A stretch of DNA of 64,000 bases from Lepidodermella squamata (Eukaryota; Animalia; Gastrotricha): assembly GCA_047495785.1 (NCBI GenBank), contig JBLDXI010000033.1:1798001-1862000 (forward strand), read 5' to 3'. A program made the position numbers and the translations under genes. Below the pieces are notes generated by a model that saw only the letters and a program-made list of their open reading frames with translations, was not told where the DNA came from and did no database searches. Positions within the stretch are counted from its first letter, which is position 1. Each line of letters opens with the position of its first letter. Positions 22,465-33,188 of the stretch are shown here, piece by piece.

Positions 22465-23551
22465 ATTTTCTATTTTATATTAAACGCCTTCTTTCGTTCC
22501 GTTTCCTAATTCATGGAGATTACTTTAATTTCATTCAAATTTAACATTCAATATTTCCCTTTTCAGAAAAGATTTATCATGAGCAAATAAAAGAAAAAAT
22601 GTGCCACTTGGCTAGCCTTTCTTCAACTCTTTTAAATTTTCTAATTATCGAGGACACGTTGCTCAAATCGGCCAATGGCTTACAGTAATGCGGAATGCTG
22701 TTAAGTACAGGACAAATTTCAAGTATCGAAGAGCGTTTTCTTGCTCAATTTTACGGTAACTCTGCCTTGCCCTTGTTCTGCTGTCTGTTGTACAGTAGGA
22801 ATCTCGCCGCATAAAGCACTCTCAGACGTCGCCAAAGCGAGTAGCGTCTCACATGGTAAAACGTGATTCTGTAGTCAGTTCTAGGAAGGACTTTTACCAT
22901 CTGCCATTCCCATCTGCAAGGACTTTCCGTCCGTTTCCATTCAAATGTATGCTATGAGGTGCCGCTAGTCTCAGGATAAGTTGACCGTAAAACCATAAAG
23001 ATTATCACGAATGATGTGGATGACGGTGAACTGGGCTTCTTTAGTTCCGAATTCAAACTGCCAAAGCTATAATCGTGTCTCGATTTACCTCTGCGCATCA
23101 GCTGATTTGCGCTGCTCCACGTTTTTTCAAAATTTAGCGCTTGTTAGCTTTTACATATAATTAATTTTATTCGTATCAAATTGCTTTATTTTGAAGATTT
23201 AATTTTATACATAAATATTGAAAATGAAATTTGAAATCAGCATGTGTGCCGGTCGTCGGGCTAATCTTTCAGAGGCGAATGATCTTGCCTCAGCAAGCTC
23301 GATCCGCCGCTTAGGGTTCGTGTGACATCAGGATCTGACCTGTGCACCCACGCGGCCGTTTTTGGTTTTGATTAGAGGAGAAAGGGAGACGCCTCTAACG
23401 CTGCATTTTAGGTGCTTATGGAAGCACTGAATCGTCGGAACTTGGCATTTGCCTGGGATCACTGAACGGATTTTGAATACTTATCTTTTTCTTTTGAAAA
23501 TGTTTCTCTGACTAATGATTATTGATGCGTCTTGTTTAGGCATCTTAAAGG

Positions 23552-23989
23552 ATGAAGCTTAACAAGCTGGTGTCATCTTGTGCTCGCAAGCAGCGCAAGC
23601 GTCACTACAATGCGCCTTCGCACATTCGTCGGAAGATCATGAGCTCGCCGCTCTCGAAGGACCTGCGCCAGAAATACGGCGTTCGCAGCCTGCCTGTTCG
23701 CAAAGACGACGAAGTGCAGGTTGTCCGCGGTCACCACAAGGGCAACCACGTCGGCAAGGTCGTTCAGGTCTACCGCAAGAAGTACGTTCTGCACATTGAG
23801 CGCATCCAGAAGGAGAAGGCGAACGGCGCGACCGTGTTTGTTGGCATTCACCCTTCAAACGTTGTTATCATGAAGCTCAAGTTGGACAACAGCCGTCGTC
23901 GCATGCTTGATCACCGCGCTCGCTCCAAGGCCGGCAAGGAGGGAGGCTTGAAGGGCAAGCACACCGAAGCCTCTGTTGCCTCGGCGTAG
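23552..23989 (+). CDS. RPL26: 60S ribosomal protein L26 (uL24)
   Basis: [49 protein letters not shown]...GIHPSNVVI. Confidence 0.98.
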   Translation: MKLNKLVSSCARKQRKRHYNAPSHIRRKIMSSPLSKDLRQKYGVRSLPVRKDDEVQVVRGHHKGNHVGKVVQVYRKKYVLHIERIQKEKANGATVFVGIHPSNVVIMKLKLDNSRRRMLDHRARSKAGKEGGLKGKHTEASVASA

Positions 23990-24120
23990 AAAAACACCTT
24001 ACAATTTTTCTTTAATATGCAGAGAAGGGAAGGAAATGACAGCTCCGACAATAAAGATGGAACTGCTGAAGCTATTTAAACCTGTTGGTCTTTTGTTAAT
24101 TTAGAAAAGCTATTATCATA

Positions 24121-26458
24121 ATGTCAGCGCAAAGTGGTCGAAAGGTGCAGGTGGTGCCTTTCCGGCCTGAAAAACACGGCTTGCCTGCCGACTTCATCCT
24201 GACAGACTTCTCTGATCTGAAAGGATGAGGGTGCAAGGTTAATCAGGAATCGCTTCATCGTATATTATCTACATTTGGACAGCAGAGCGCTATATCTTCT
24301 AACCATCCCACTATAGGTGTGTTAGCTTTCGACGTGGGTTGCTCTTAAATTCATCGCCGATTTTTTATTATAGGAATAGGACTTGATACTTGTGTAATCC
24401 CGTTAAAACATGGTCAACTTAGTTTGATTCAAACGACTGACTTTTTCTACCCTCTTATCGACGATCCTTACATCATGGGTCGCATTGCTTGCTGCAATGT
24501 GCTATCAGATCTATACGCCATGGGCGTTGTCAACACGGATACTCTGCAGTTACTACTCAGTCTAAGCTTGCAAATGGAAGAATCTATGCGGCAGAAGGTT
24601 TCTAAAATGATCACTGCCGGATTTCGAGATTGCGCAGCTGAAGCTGGGGTTGAAGTGACGTCTTGCGAAATCGTCCTCAATCCGTGGGTCGTTCTTGGCG
24701 GAATGGCCTCGTCGGTTTGCGCGAATGATGAATTCTTGATGCCGAACGCCGCTGAACCTGGCGATGTCCTGGTGCTTACTAAGCCGCTAGGAACCCAAGT
24801 TGCCGTTAACGTTTACCAGTGGATGAATTCGAAGCCGGAATCGCGAGGTGCGAAACGCTGGGCTGACTTGTCTGCGTCGGTTATCAGCAGGAAAGACGCG
24901 CGGCGGGCGTACTTCACGGCGATGAGTTCGATGGCGATGCTGAATCGAACTGCGGCGCGGCTGATGCACAAGTACGGCGCTCATGCCGCCACTGACGTCA
25001 CCGGCTTCGGTAAGAAATGACTTCTGTTGATTATTTACAAATTGGGTATCTGTCGGCAATTTATTTCGCAAATTTCTCCAACTATGGGTGTAAAATTCTT
25101 CATTACTCCACCTGCTGACCGAGATTTGTAATCCGTAACGGTTTAAGGAATCTTTGCTAAATTTTTCCTGGGCATATAATAATTGTCCTCAGTTTTAATC
25201 AAGACAAAATCAGGAAATGCTATTTATTCCAGGTCGTCAACTTTGTCTGCAACTCAACTTTGAGATTAAATGAAGGTTGAGAGGACAGGTGACAATTAAC
25301 CTTGCCTTTGACTAGTCCTCCTTGCAATTTGTCACTTATGCAGTGCAATTATGGGTGTCTTTTCGTTCGTAATGGATCCATTTTCTGAAATTAGGTTACG
25401 CGAAGTGACAGATTTTCGAGCATTCAAGGTTTTCTAAGTCGAATCGCCCTTCAGCTCTATTCTGAATCAGAAAAAGTGTTGATTGATTTAAAATGAAAAA
25501 AAAAACTGGGTGAAGGTCGCAAATTCTCGGGGGCTGAATCTATTAAAACATGCCATATCTACACCAGTTTTTGTCTAGATTGAGCTGTTCAATATATTTC
25601 AACAAGCGGAAATTCTTGCTGTTTATTTTTTGACCTGAAAAACGTATCGGTCTGGGCTTGAAAATTGTTATAAGAGCTACACTGCTCAAGAAGGTCAGAT
25701 CTTCCTCCCGTAAATTGCATGTCAATTGCGATAATTTACCATGAAATTTGCACTTATTCTTGAAGTATACTAGATCTGAAAGCAACTGGTAAATTTTGAT
25801 TCAATTTTACCACAACATCTTTGTAAAATGGTCATTTCGATTAGCAGCGGAACCGGACTATTTTGCGCAATGTAAGACATACACTACAGAATTAATTAGG
25901 CAAGATAATGACTACGTGTCTGCCCATTTTCATACTAGAAAACCTGGAAATTGAATTGACCAGTTGTTCTGATTATTATTCCGTACAATTTGAAAAAAGT
26001 AGGCGGGGATGAATTTTCAATAAAATCGGACAAATGGCACGACGTCCACGGTCGCTGTGAAACTACTGATTGCTAATTGATTGTCTTCATTTTTAGGAAT
26101 TCTCGGTCACGCGACTAACCTGGCGCAGGCGCAGCGCTACGACGTGTCGTTCCTGCTGTGCAACCTGCCGATAATCGCGGGCATGGCCGCCGTCGTTCGC
26201 TCGCTGCAGCCGCCCGTCTTCAAGCTGCTCGAGGGCCGGTCGGCGGAGACGAGCGGCGGCCTGCTCATCGCGCTGCCGAGACAGGCCGCGCCGCAGTACT
26301 GCATGGAGCTCGAGAAGCTGACCGGCTGGCCCGCGTGGCTGGTCGGCGTCGTCGAGGCAGCGCAGTCGCCGGACAGCCGCGGCACGGCCCGCATCGAAAA
26401 CGCCCGCGTCATCGACTTCGCCCTCGACATCGAAGAGGTCGTTGAGGGCAGCGCGTAA
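24121..26458 (+). CDS. SEPHS2: Selenophosphate synthetase 2 (selenoprotein, UGA = Sec at codon 36)
   Basis: Exons 24121-24316, 24374-25009 and 26097-26458. [14 protein letters not shown] with in-frame TGA at 24226-24228; [37 protein letters not shown]; SECIS in the 3' UTR. Confidence 0.95.
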
Positions 26459-26578
26459 AATACCTGTGATGATAGTATCAAGTCGCCCTATATCTATTTA
26501 TAAAAGCTCTGCTGTTCAAAACGAATCATACGTGTGTAGATGGTATTACATCGATTTTATATATGCTCAAATGAAGGA

Positions 26579-26673
26579 GCGCAGGGCCGGCTGAATAAAT
26601 GACGGCTCGGGCGGAACCAGGCTTCACCCGGCCTGTCGCCCGGACCCGACGCCCCCGCAGCAGGCTGTTGCGC
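26579..26673 (+). promoter_or_regulatory. SECIS element (form II) in the SEPHS2 3' UTR
   Basis: AUGAC core at 26599; helix II GGCUCGGGCG/CGCCCGGACC closed by CGAC (G.A/A.G quartet); unpaired GAA; mini-stem CAGGC/GCCUG; lower helix GCGCAG...GCUG/CAGC...UUGCGC. Confidence 0.88.
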
Positions 26674-28478
26674 CCTCGCCACGTGTTTTATGTGTGATCA
26701 TCGATTATTTTATTCGCTGACTTGCCGAGTTGTGATCGACGTGATAATAATTGAATAAAAAATGTCGTGCTTTCATATGTGTATGTGTCTGCGTTGTTCC
26801 AGCCAACCAGGGGAGCTAGCGGGTCAGGCAGACTGGGAATGCCCGCATTTAACCATTCATTCATTCCTTAATGGACACCTCGATTTTGAACAATCTCATG
26901 ATGAAAAAAATTGAATTTCACCGAGCGAATTGTACAAAATGTTTCCCGCCGGTGACACTTATGCCCTGATTCGAGCGCTACGTAATAGACTAATGTTCAT
27001 GGGCTGTCGCTCAGTCCGTTATCGAATGGCGGTGCATTCTCGTCTCGTCTGAAAGGCGAGCGGTGACACTTCGGTACCTGCCATCAACCGTAATAGAAGT
27101 TGATGATAGCACAAAAGTTGGCCTGTTTTAATCGGAAACCTAATTGGCAGGTATAATTTTCCTCATTGACTGACGCAATGGTGAAATTACTGAAATCAAT
27201 CGCGAGACAAGGCGGATCCGGTTTTCTATCAACTGATGAGACACAAGCATTGAAATTCCATCAGAATGCTAATCGCATTTTCCAAATCTGCACTCGGCTT
27301 AAAAATATTCCTCGCAGTTCACGAAACTGGCTACTTCGAGCCAACCTAAATTAATTTCTTCTCCCAAAACTCACCTGCTGAAACATTTTTCCAAGTAGCT
27401 TACACGTATCAATAGCAAAGGCTTTCAGATTTTTGGATGAACTTTCTACTGTCGTACCTATAAGGTAAGATATTACGATCAGCAGGGCGATGCGAACAGA
27501 GTTCCTTAGATAATAAAAGAATTTTGAGCACCACCTCACCGTGCTGTTTCTATCTCTTATCTATCACTGGGATGGGTGTGCGCTCTTCCGTGAACTACCG
27601 GTACTCATCCTTTCCAACATCACGTTTGATAAACCGGGATATGATAGCGTCTTAAATACTCAAGTTTAGCTCTTCTGCGCGATGCACGTGTTTTAGACAG
27701 GAAAATGAATGAACGTCTCTACAGTTGGCAACAATATTCTTCCTGCTTTTGGCAGTATAATTAGATTACCCATTGCCAAGTCATTTCGGAAATCACTCGA
27801 AACCTATCATTCCCTTTCCAACGTCAATCATATAATTATTAATTTTATTCGTTCTCTCTTGTCTTAACCTTAATTTAACCCCGTTCTAGTTTGGAACACC
27901 ATAGGATATGTTATTACCGGATAAGAGGTAGTAGCTTATCCTATATTATACAAAACAGGAGACTCGGTTCCCCATCTCAGTATTAGTATTCCGAAATCTA
28001 GCGATGGACTCAGCGGTACAGAGATGACAGGACGGCGCCTTTTTGTCAGCGGGGTGACCACGTTGTCAATGCATCAGTTTCTAACGCGTCACATCGCATA
28101 ATCATATCGGTCGCCTGCGCATCATCTATCACCGCAATTAATCTTTCCGTTCTCTCGGACAGCCTTCTAGTTTTAATCCCATATGAATCATTTCGCTGCT
28201 TAAATATTTAGCACCAGTGCTTTGGCTATCAAATGGGCAATCAGCCCTTGATTGTGGGCAGTTCAATCGTTCTACTTTTCAGATCGCTCGTACGAACTTT
28301 GAACCCACTGGTCAAATTCATTCCTAAAAAAATTGCGATGTTAGTTACGCTCGGCCATTAATTTCTGTAAATTAGCTCTGCATATGCGTGATTAGCTTCC
28401 CAACATTTTTCATTGAATCATGACATAACTGATTAACTGATTGATTTCAAATAACTTTTAGCCAATGGCTTGCTAGAA

Positions 28479-29338
28479 ATGCCAGCCATCTCGAAATCGA
28501 CCTTATTAATTTTACTGCACATGACACTGCAGCTCGCCGCAAAATCGACGGGCCAGATGATGTTACAAGCACTGTCATCGACCGCACATCACGGCTTCCA
28601 TAAAAACGCTAACAAGCACCTGCTACTGCCCAATGCTCGTCGACAGGCGAGACGTGACATCGGCTTCGATTCGCACGATGCCGATGAAGACGCCGATGCG
28701 GAACTGGCGACTGACCCGGAGCCTGTGGACCACGCAACCAACGTCCAACAACGCTCGGGGTCAACGTTACAACGGCGGGCTTCGCACGCGATGAACGGCG
28801 CTCACTTCAGCGATCGAATGAAGCTGCAACTCGAACGAGCGTGTCGAGCCGCCTTCGACAAGGCCATCGCTGAAAGTGAGCTTCATTTATAACTTGGGAA
28901 AACTATTCTGAAGGCATTTACCAGTAACTTGTACCTCCAGTGTGGCTGCGCCATAAGAGGTTCGAATGATTACTACATCCCTACAAGTTGATGGTAAATG
29001 CCTAGTAAGTAGCGCCCTTGGATTGTACTCTTCAAGGATCGTAATTTCCATTACAAACGGGCTTTGCTTGAAACCTTCACGAAAAACTTTGATCCTTTCA
29101 TCAACGCTTTCCTCATTCGAATATCCTTTAGTTCCACAGCTTGAATAGCTGTCTAAGGAATCATATTCTCAATTGTCCTATAACAGCTTTCCGATTGTTT
29201 TTTTCAGATCCAAACGCTGTGATGCATAGGTTGAAAGTTCTAAATGCCAAGTATCTCAGTCAAGTTGCTCAACAACGCTGCCGGAGCATGTTCTCAGGGC
29301 AGACGCGGCACCACATCGGGGCGAGAGCGCAGCGATGA
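28479..29338 (+). CDS. Orphan secreted prepropeptide-like protein (2 exons)
   Basis: Hydrophobic N-terminus, RRQARR and LQRR basic sites, acidic spacer. An intron at about 28876-29208 joins in frame to NPNAVMHRLK...QRCRSMF...AQR*; two Cys. Confidence 0.6.
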
Positions 29339-30459
29339 CACCATCCGTTTTCCGTGAAAAATAAATATCCCGAAATTGAAACCACGGCCAATCACCTCAA
29401 TCGATAATTGGCCAATAATCAGTATTAATTTATATTTTGCCACCGCATTTTACAATAAATTCAAACGATAACAACAAGAATGCGTCATCTTGAACTGGAA
29501 CATTCTTATATCGGGGCTAATAAACTCGAATTAAAATTGTCGTCGCGATTCGTCATCATTTCTTCAAAAACCGTCTCCCGTCAAAAAACGACAACAGAGC
29601 TTAGGAAAACAACGTGCTATTTAATTTAAGGATTTGTCTTACAGTTCATAATTCATTTAGCCAAATACTTGAAAGATCAGACGTCGCATTCACTCAAAAG
29701 ATATACTTCCGAGGTAGCATGTCGCGCCTTGACGAACGAGACGCCTTGTCCAGGGTTTATGCCAAGTTCCAGTTTACTCAAGACGGTTTCTTTCGCTCCT
29801 AACACTGCTTTTAGACAATCACTCAGAAAGTCATTAATATCATTTATTTTGTTTTGATCTCAGTGCCTCATCAATTTCATTATATCGTTTTACCTGAGTG
29901 AATTAGAATAAAACCGCAAGTATAATTTAAGTTATTGTCTGTAGCTATTTTGGAATGCTTGTTATGACATGTTTTTCGCTTCAAAAGCAGGAGAATTTGA
30001 TTGAGTAATCACATTTGATCTCGATTTGAAGAAATTATAGGAGTATTGTTCAAAACAGCCAACGAGCGTCACAGCGAATTCAATTACACATTGGACGCAG
30101 TAATAAACAAAAAAACATCATTACTAATTAGCTTCCAACCCTTGCAAGCATGACCGAGATTTCCGGCTAAAATGTGGGTATTTGATCGTATCATTGTAGT
30201 TCAAATACCACATCAAACCGAAGGGTAAATGCGAGGGACGCCCATCCCGTTCGTTACACGTGTCGATTTCCATCAGCTTTAATTATGGAGCTAAGCAGTC
30301 ATTAAATTACGCGGAATCAACTGGCCCCCGAGTTATAACTAACCTTGAAATTCGATGTGACGCTCGCAGGTGAAACAGCAAACAACGACGTGTAGAAAAA
30401 ACATAAAACAACTACTGAGTATAAGTACAGTATGCTAAAATGAGCTTGAGAAAAGAGTT

Positions 30460-32814
30460 TCAGTCGCTGGCAGGCGCTCCGTTGGCTGCCACCATCCATG
30501 AGTGGTGCTGTCTGCGCTTCGTTCCCGTGCGCAGGCGGTCGCTGCTCTTCCGCAGTGCGTGGCACTTCCACGCGAACGAGAACTGCTCCGCCGGAATTAG
30601 GTTATCTTTTTTGTTGTCCTCTTCGATCTAAAAGATCAAACACAATTAGCACAATTAATCGCTGGAGAATCAGTGCGTTTGGCATAATAAAAGACAAATT
30701 ACATACCGTGAATTCACTAATAGTGGAGATTCTAGAAATCGCGGGAATTAACAGACATATGAACTTATGTTAAAGGTCGCCCTACTTGGATTCCTGATGC
30801 TGATGCCCAGTTATTCAATTTAAATAATTACCGGATAAAAATCGTGTTATAGGTCATGATTATGAGGCTGAATCTGAACCCTGCACAAATCTCGGTAGCG
30901 TTGTCTGAGTCGGAAAAATCGCCTAATGGAAATGTATGTGAACCTGAACCTGTTTAGTTTTTACAATTTTAAACGAAGCGATTCGTTGGATTTTACAGGT
31001 GCTATTCGACAGGTTTTACGACCGCCCGTTTCAACGTGAATAAAGCAAAATCCAGTGTTCTGAGAATTTGTTTCATAATAATGCTATTTTCTCTGCGGTT
31101 TTCTTTTTTTCGTAAGTTCAAAGCCACGAATTCCTGTCAATTTTTATTCATTTCGCTTCAAGTTGGCCGTCTATCAAGGGGCACCGCGAATAATGACCTT
31201 CAAAGTCTTAAACTAAATGCCCACTCAATAGACTGAGGTTAGATAGCCAGGGAGCTTTTGAAATACCAAAATATGAAGTTATCGAATCCCATGTTTGATA
31301 TTCACTGAAACCTTGACTATTCAAACCTTGGCGAGCTCTTCTGGCGAAAGCAGCGGCAGTCGCAGGTAGACAACAGCGTTGCGAGCGACAGCGCCCGCCG
31401 ACTTGCCCTGCGTCACCGAGTTGATGTTCGCCCACTCGCGAACGGCGCTCAGCAGCTCCAGCTCGTCCATGTTGATGCGGTCCGACTGCAGGATGAACGC
31501 AAGTGCGCTCTCCGACAGCTCGTGCACACTTTTGTCCCGGAACACTTCCGCGGCGTGGTCTTCCACGTAGGCGATGGCGCGCTGCTTCAGCTCGTCGCGG
31601 CCATACGTCACGGCGACCCGAAGTGCTTCACACGCGTTTTGCGGCGACATTGAATTCTGCAAAAATTTCACAAAATATCGATTATCGATTTTGCTGATCC
31701 TGATTGATTTTGATCCCAATAATTTATCATTTGTTTTTGTTTTCATGCCCCCCACTGGTGGGGGTGAGCCGAGTCCCGGAGGCACTGCAATACCGGGCCG
31801 ACTCGTGGGCAGGGTCCAGCAAGCTGGCGCCACCTGCCCTGCTAGCCAAAAATCGGGCTAATATCGTAGGCCCCACATGGAGGCCGTTGTAGATATTAAA
31901 CTACAAAGAACAGATACTACACTTTGATCATAGCCAAAAAGGCCGAGAAGCGATAAAGAAGGGAACGCCAAAAATTGGCTCGGCCGGATTCTAGATTGCA
32001 GCGAATATCGATTCGTAACTTCGCGTGCATATCCAAACCAGTTTTATGAGGGAAAAAACAAAAGAAGCAGCTTGTGCCGCCCGGAATCGAACCAAGACAG
32101 TCAGAAATACCAAACAATGTTGAACCCTGAAAGCATTTCTTTTCTATTTTAGATAATCTGGGCTAGAATTAAAGATGTTTCTGATTCAAATTCCTAATGA
32201 TTTTTTATTTTTGTCTGGTAATTTAACCCGTGCATTCTCCGGCTGTTCAACCATTTTCCATTTCCATTACATTTTTGCCCAAATTTCCCGAAATCAATTT
32301 TCGATTATTTTTCATTTTTACAAAAAAGCTAACCTGGAGAAACGAGATGACGGCCTTTTGAAGGTCGTCGAGGCCGTACTCGATGGCGGCTCCGATGGTG
32401 TCGAAGGCCATTTTCGGCGCGATCGACAGCGTGTTTGTGTAGATGTACTCGAGGATGGCGAGAAAGACTTCGGGCGCAATGTCCGATAGCACGAGCGGCG
32501 TTTCTGTGTCCTGTTTGCCCTGCTTCGACTGCTGCTCAGTGAACATGGCCTTGAACACCTGGCAACGAGCCATTATTATGCACCGGTGCGCGCATATTTG
32601 CTTGCGCTGAGGTCCAACGATAAATTTGATGTCGCTGAAAAAAATAATCCATATTATAAAAAATATGTTTCATATTTTATTTAAAATAAAATTTGGGAGC
32701 TATTATTTTAGTTTATTTTTACCTGAATTCCTTGTTATTGACTAGCTTCTTCATTTCGGACGCGAATGTGTTGGCATCGCCACGAATTCGAATCGCACTG
32801 TCCTCTTTTCCCAT
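30460..32814 (-). CDS. BTBD19: BTB/POZ-BACK domain protein, BTBD19-like
   Basis: EMKKLVNNKEFSDIKFIVG...IYAHRCIIMARCQVFKAMF, FLAILEYIYTN, BACK segment LQSDRINMDELELLSAVREW...LRLPLLSPEEL, last exon AWKCHAL. Confidence 0.85.
31760..31954 (-). ncRNA. U2: U2 snRNA gene (copy B, uninterrupted), within a BTBD19 intron
   Basis: Reverse complement ATCGCTTCTCGGCCTTTTTGGCTATGATCAAAGTGTAGTATCTGTTCTT..., Sm site GATTTTTGG, loop IV TATTGCAGTGC. The 3' end is approximate. Confidence 0.95.
32073..32105 (-). pseudogene. tRNA 3'-half remnant with an intact B box
   Basis: Reverse complement ...CTTGGTTCGATTCCGGGCGGCACA followed by T-tracts; no recognisable anticodon or D arm. Confidence 0.55.
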
Positions 32815-33188
32815 TTATTAAGGATTTTTTGATAAATTGACTAAAAATCGAGAACAGCGTGAAAACAAACCAAATCAAAATAACGATCATTTTATTAATA
32901 AAGCAGAATAAAATCATGGTTAGGTAAATATTTGTAACAGATGAAATTTAACAATTGAAGCTACATTTAGGGAAATATTTTATCCGATCGAGCCTAATGC
33001 GCCAGAAAATTTCAAAATTCAAGGAAATTGATAATGGTAACTGAAAAATTGTTCGTCAAATTTCAACTTTTGTTCAAAATTTTGGAAATTTCAAAGATAT
33101 TCGCCAAATTTCAATATTTTCATGCGCATTTTCTCTTCTATATCACAATATTAAAAGCGTTCAGTCGACGGAAATTATATTAAAACTA

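Noticed and set aside
23308-23320. Telomerase RNA template (AACCCUAA on the minus strand)
   Set aside because: Only an 8-nt match, positioned near the 3' side of the island, with no visible pseudoknot or CR4/5 domain.
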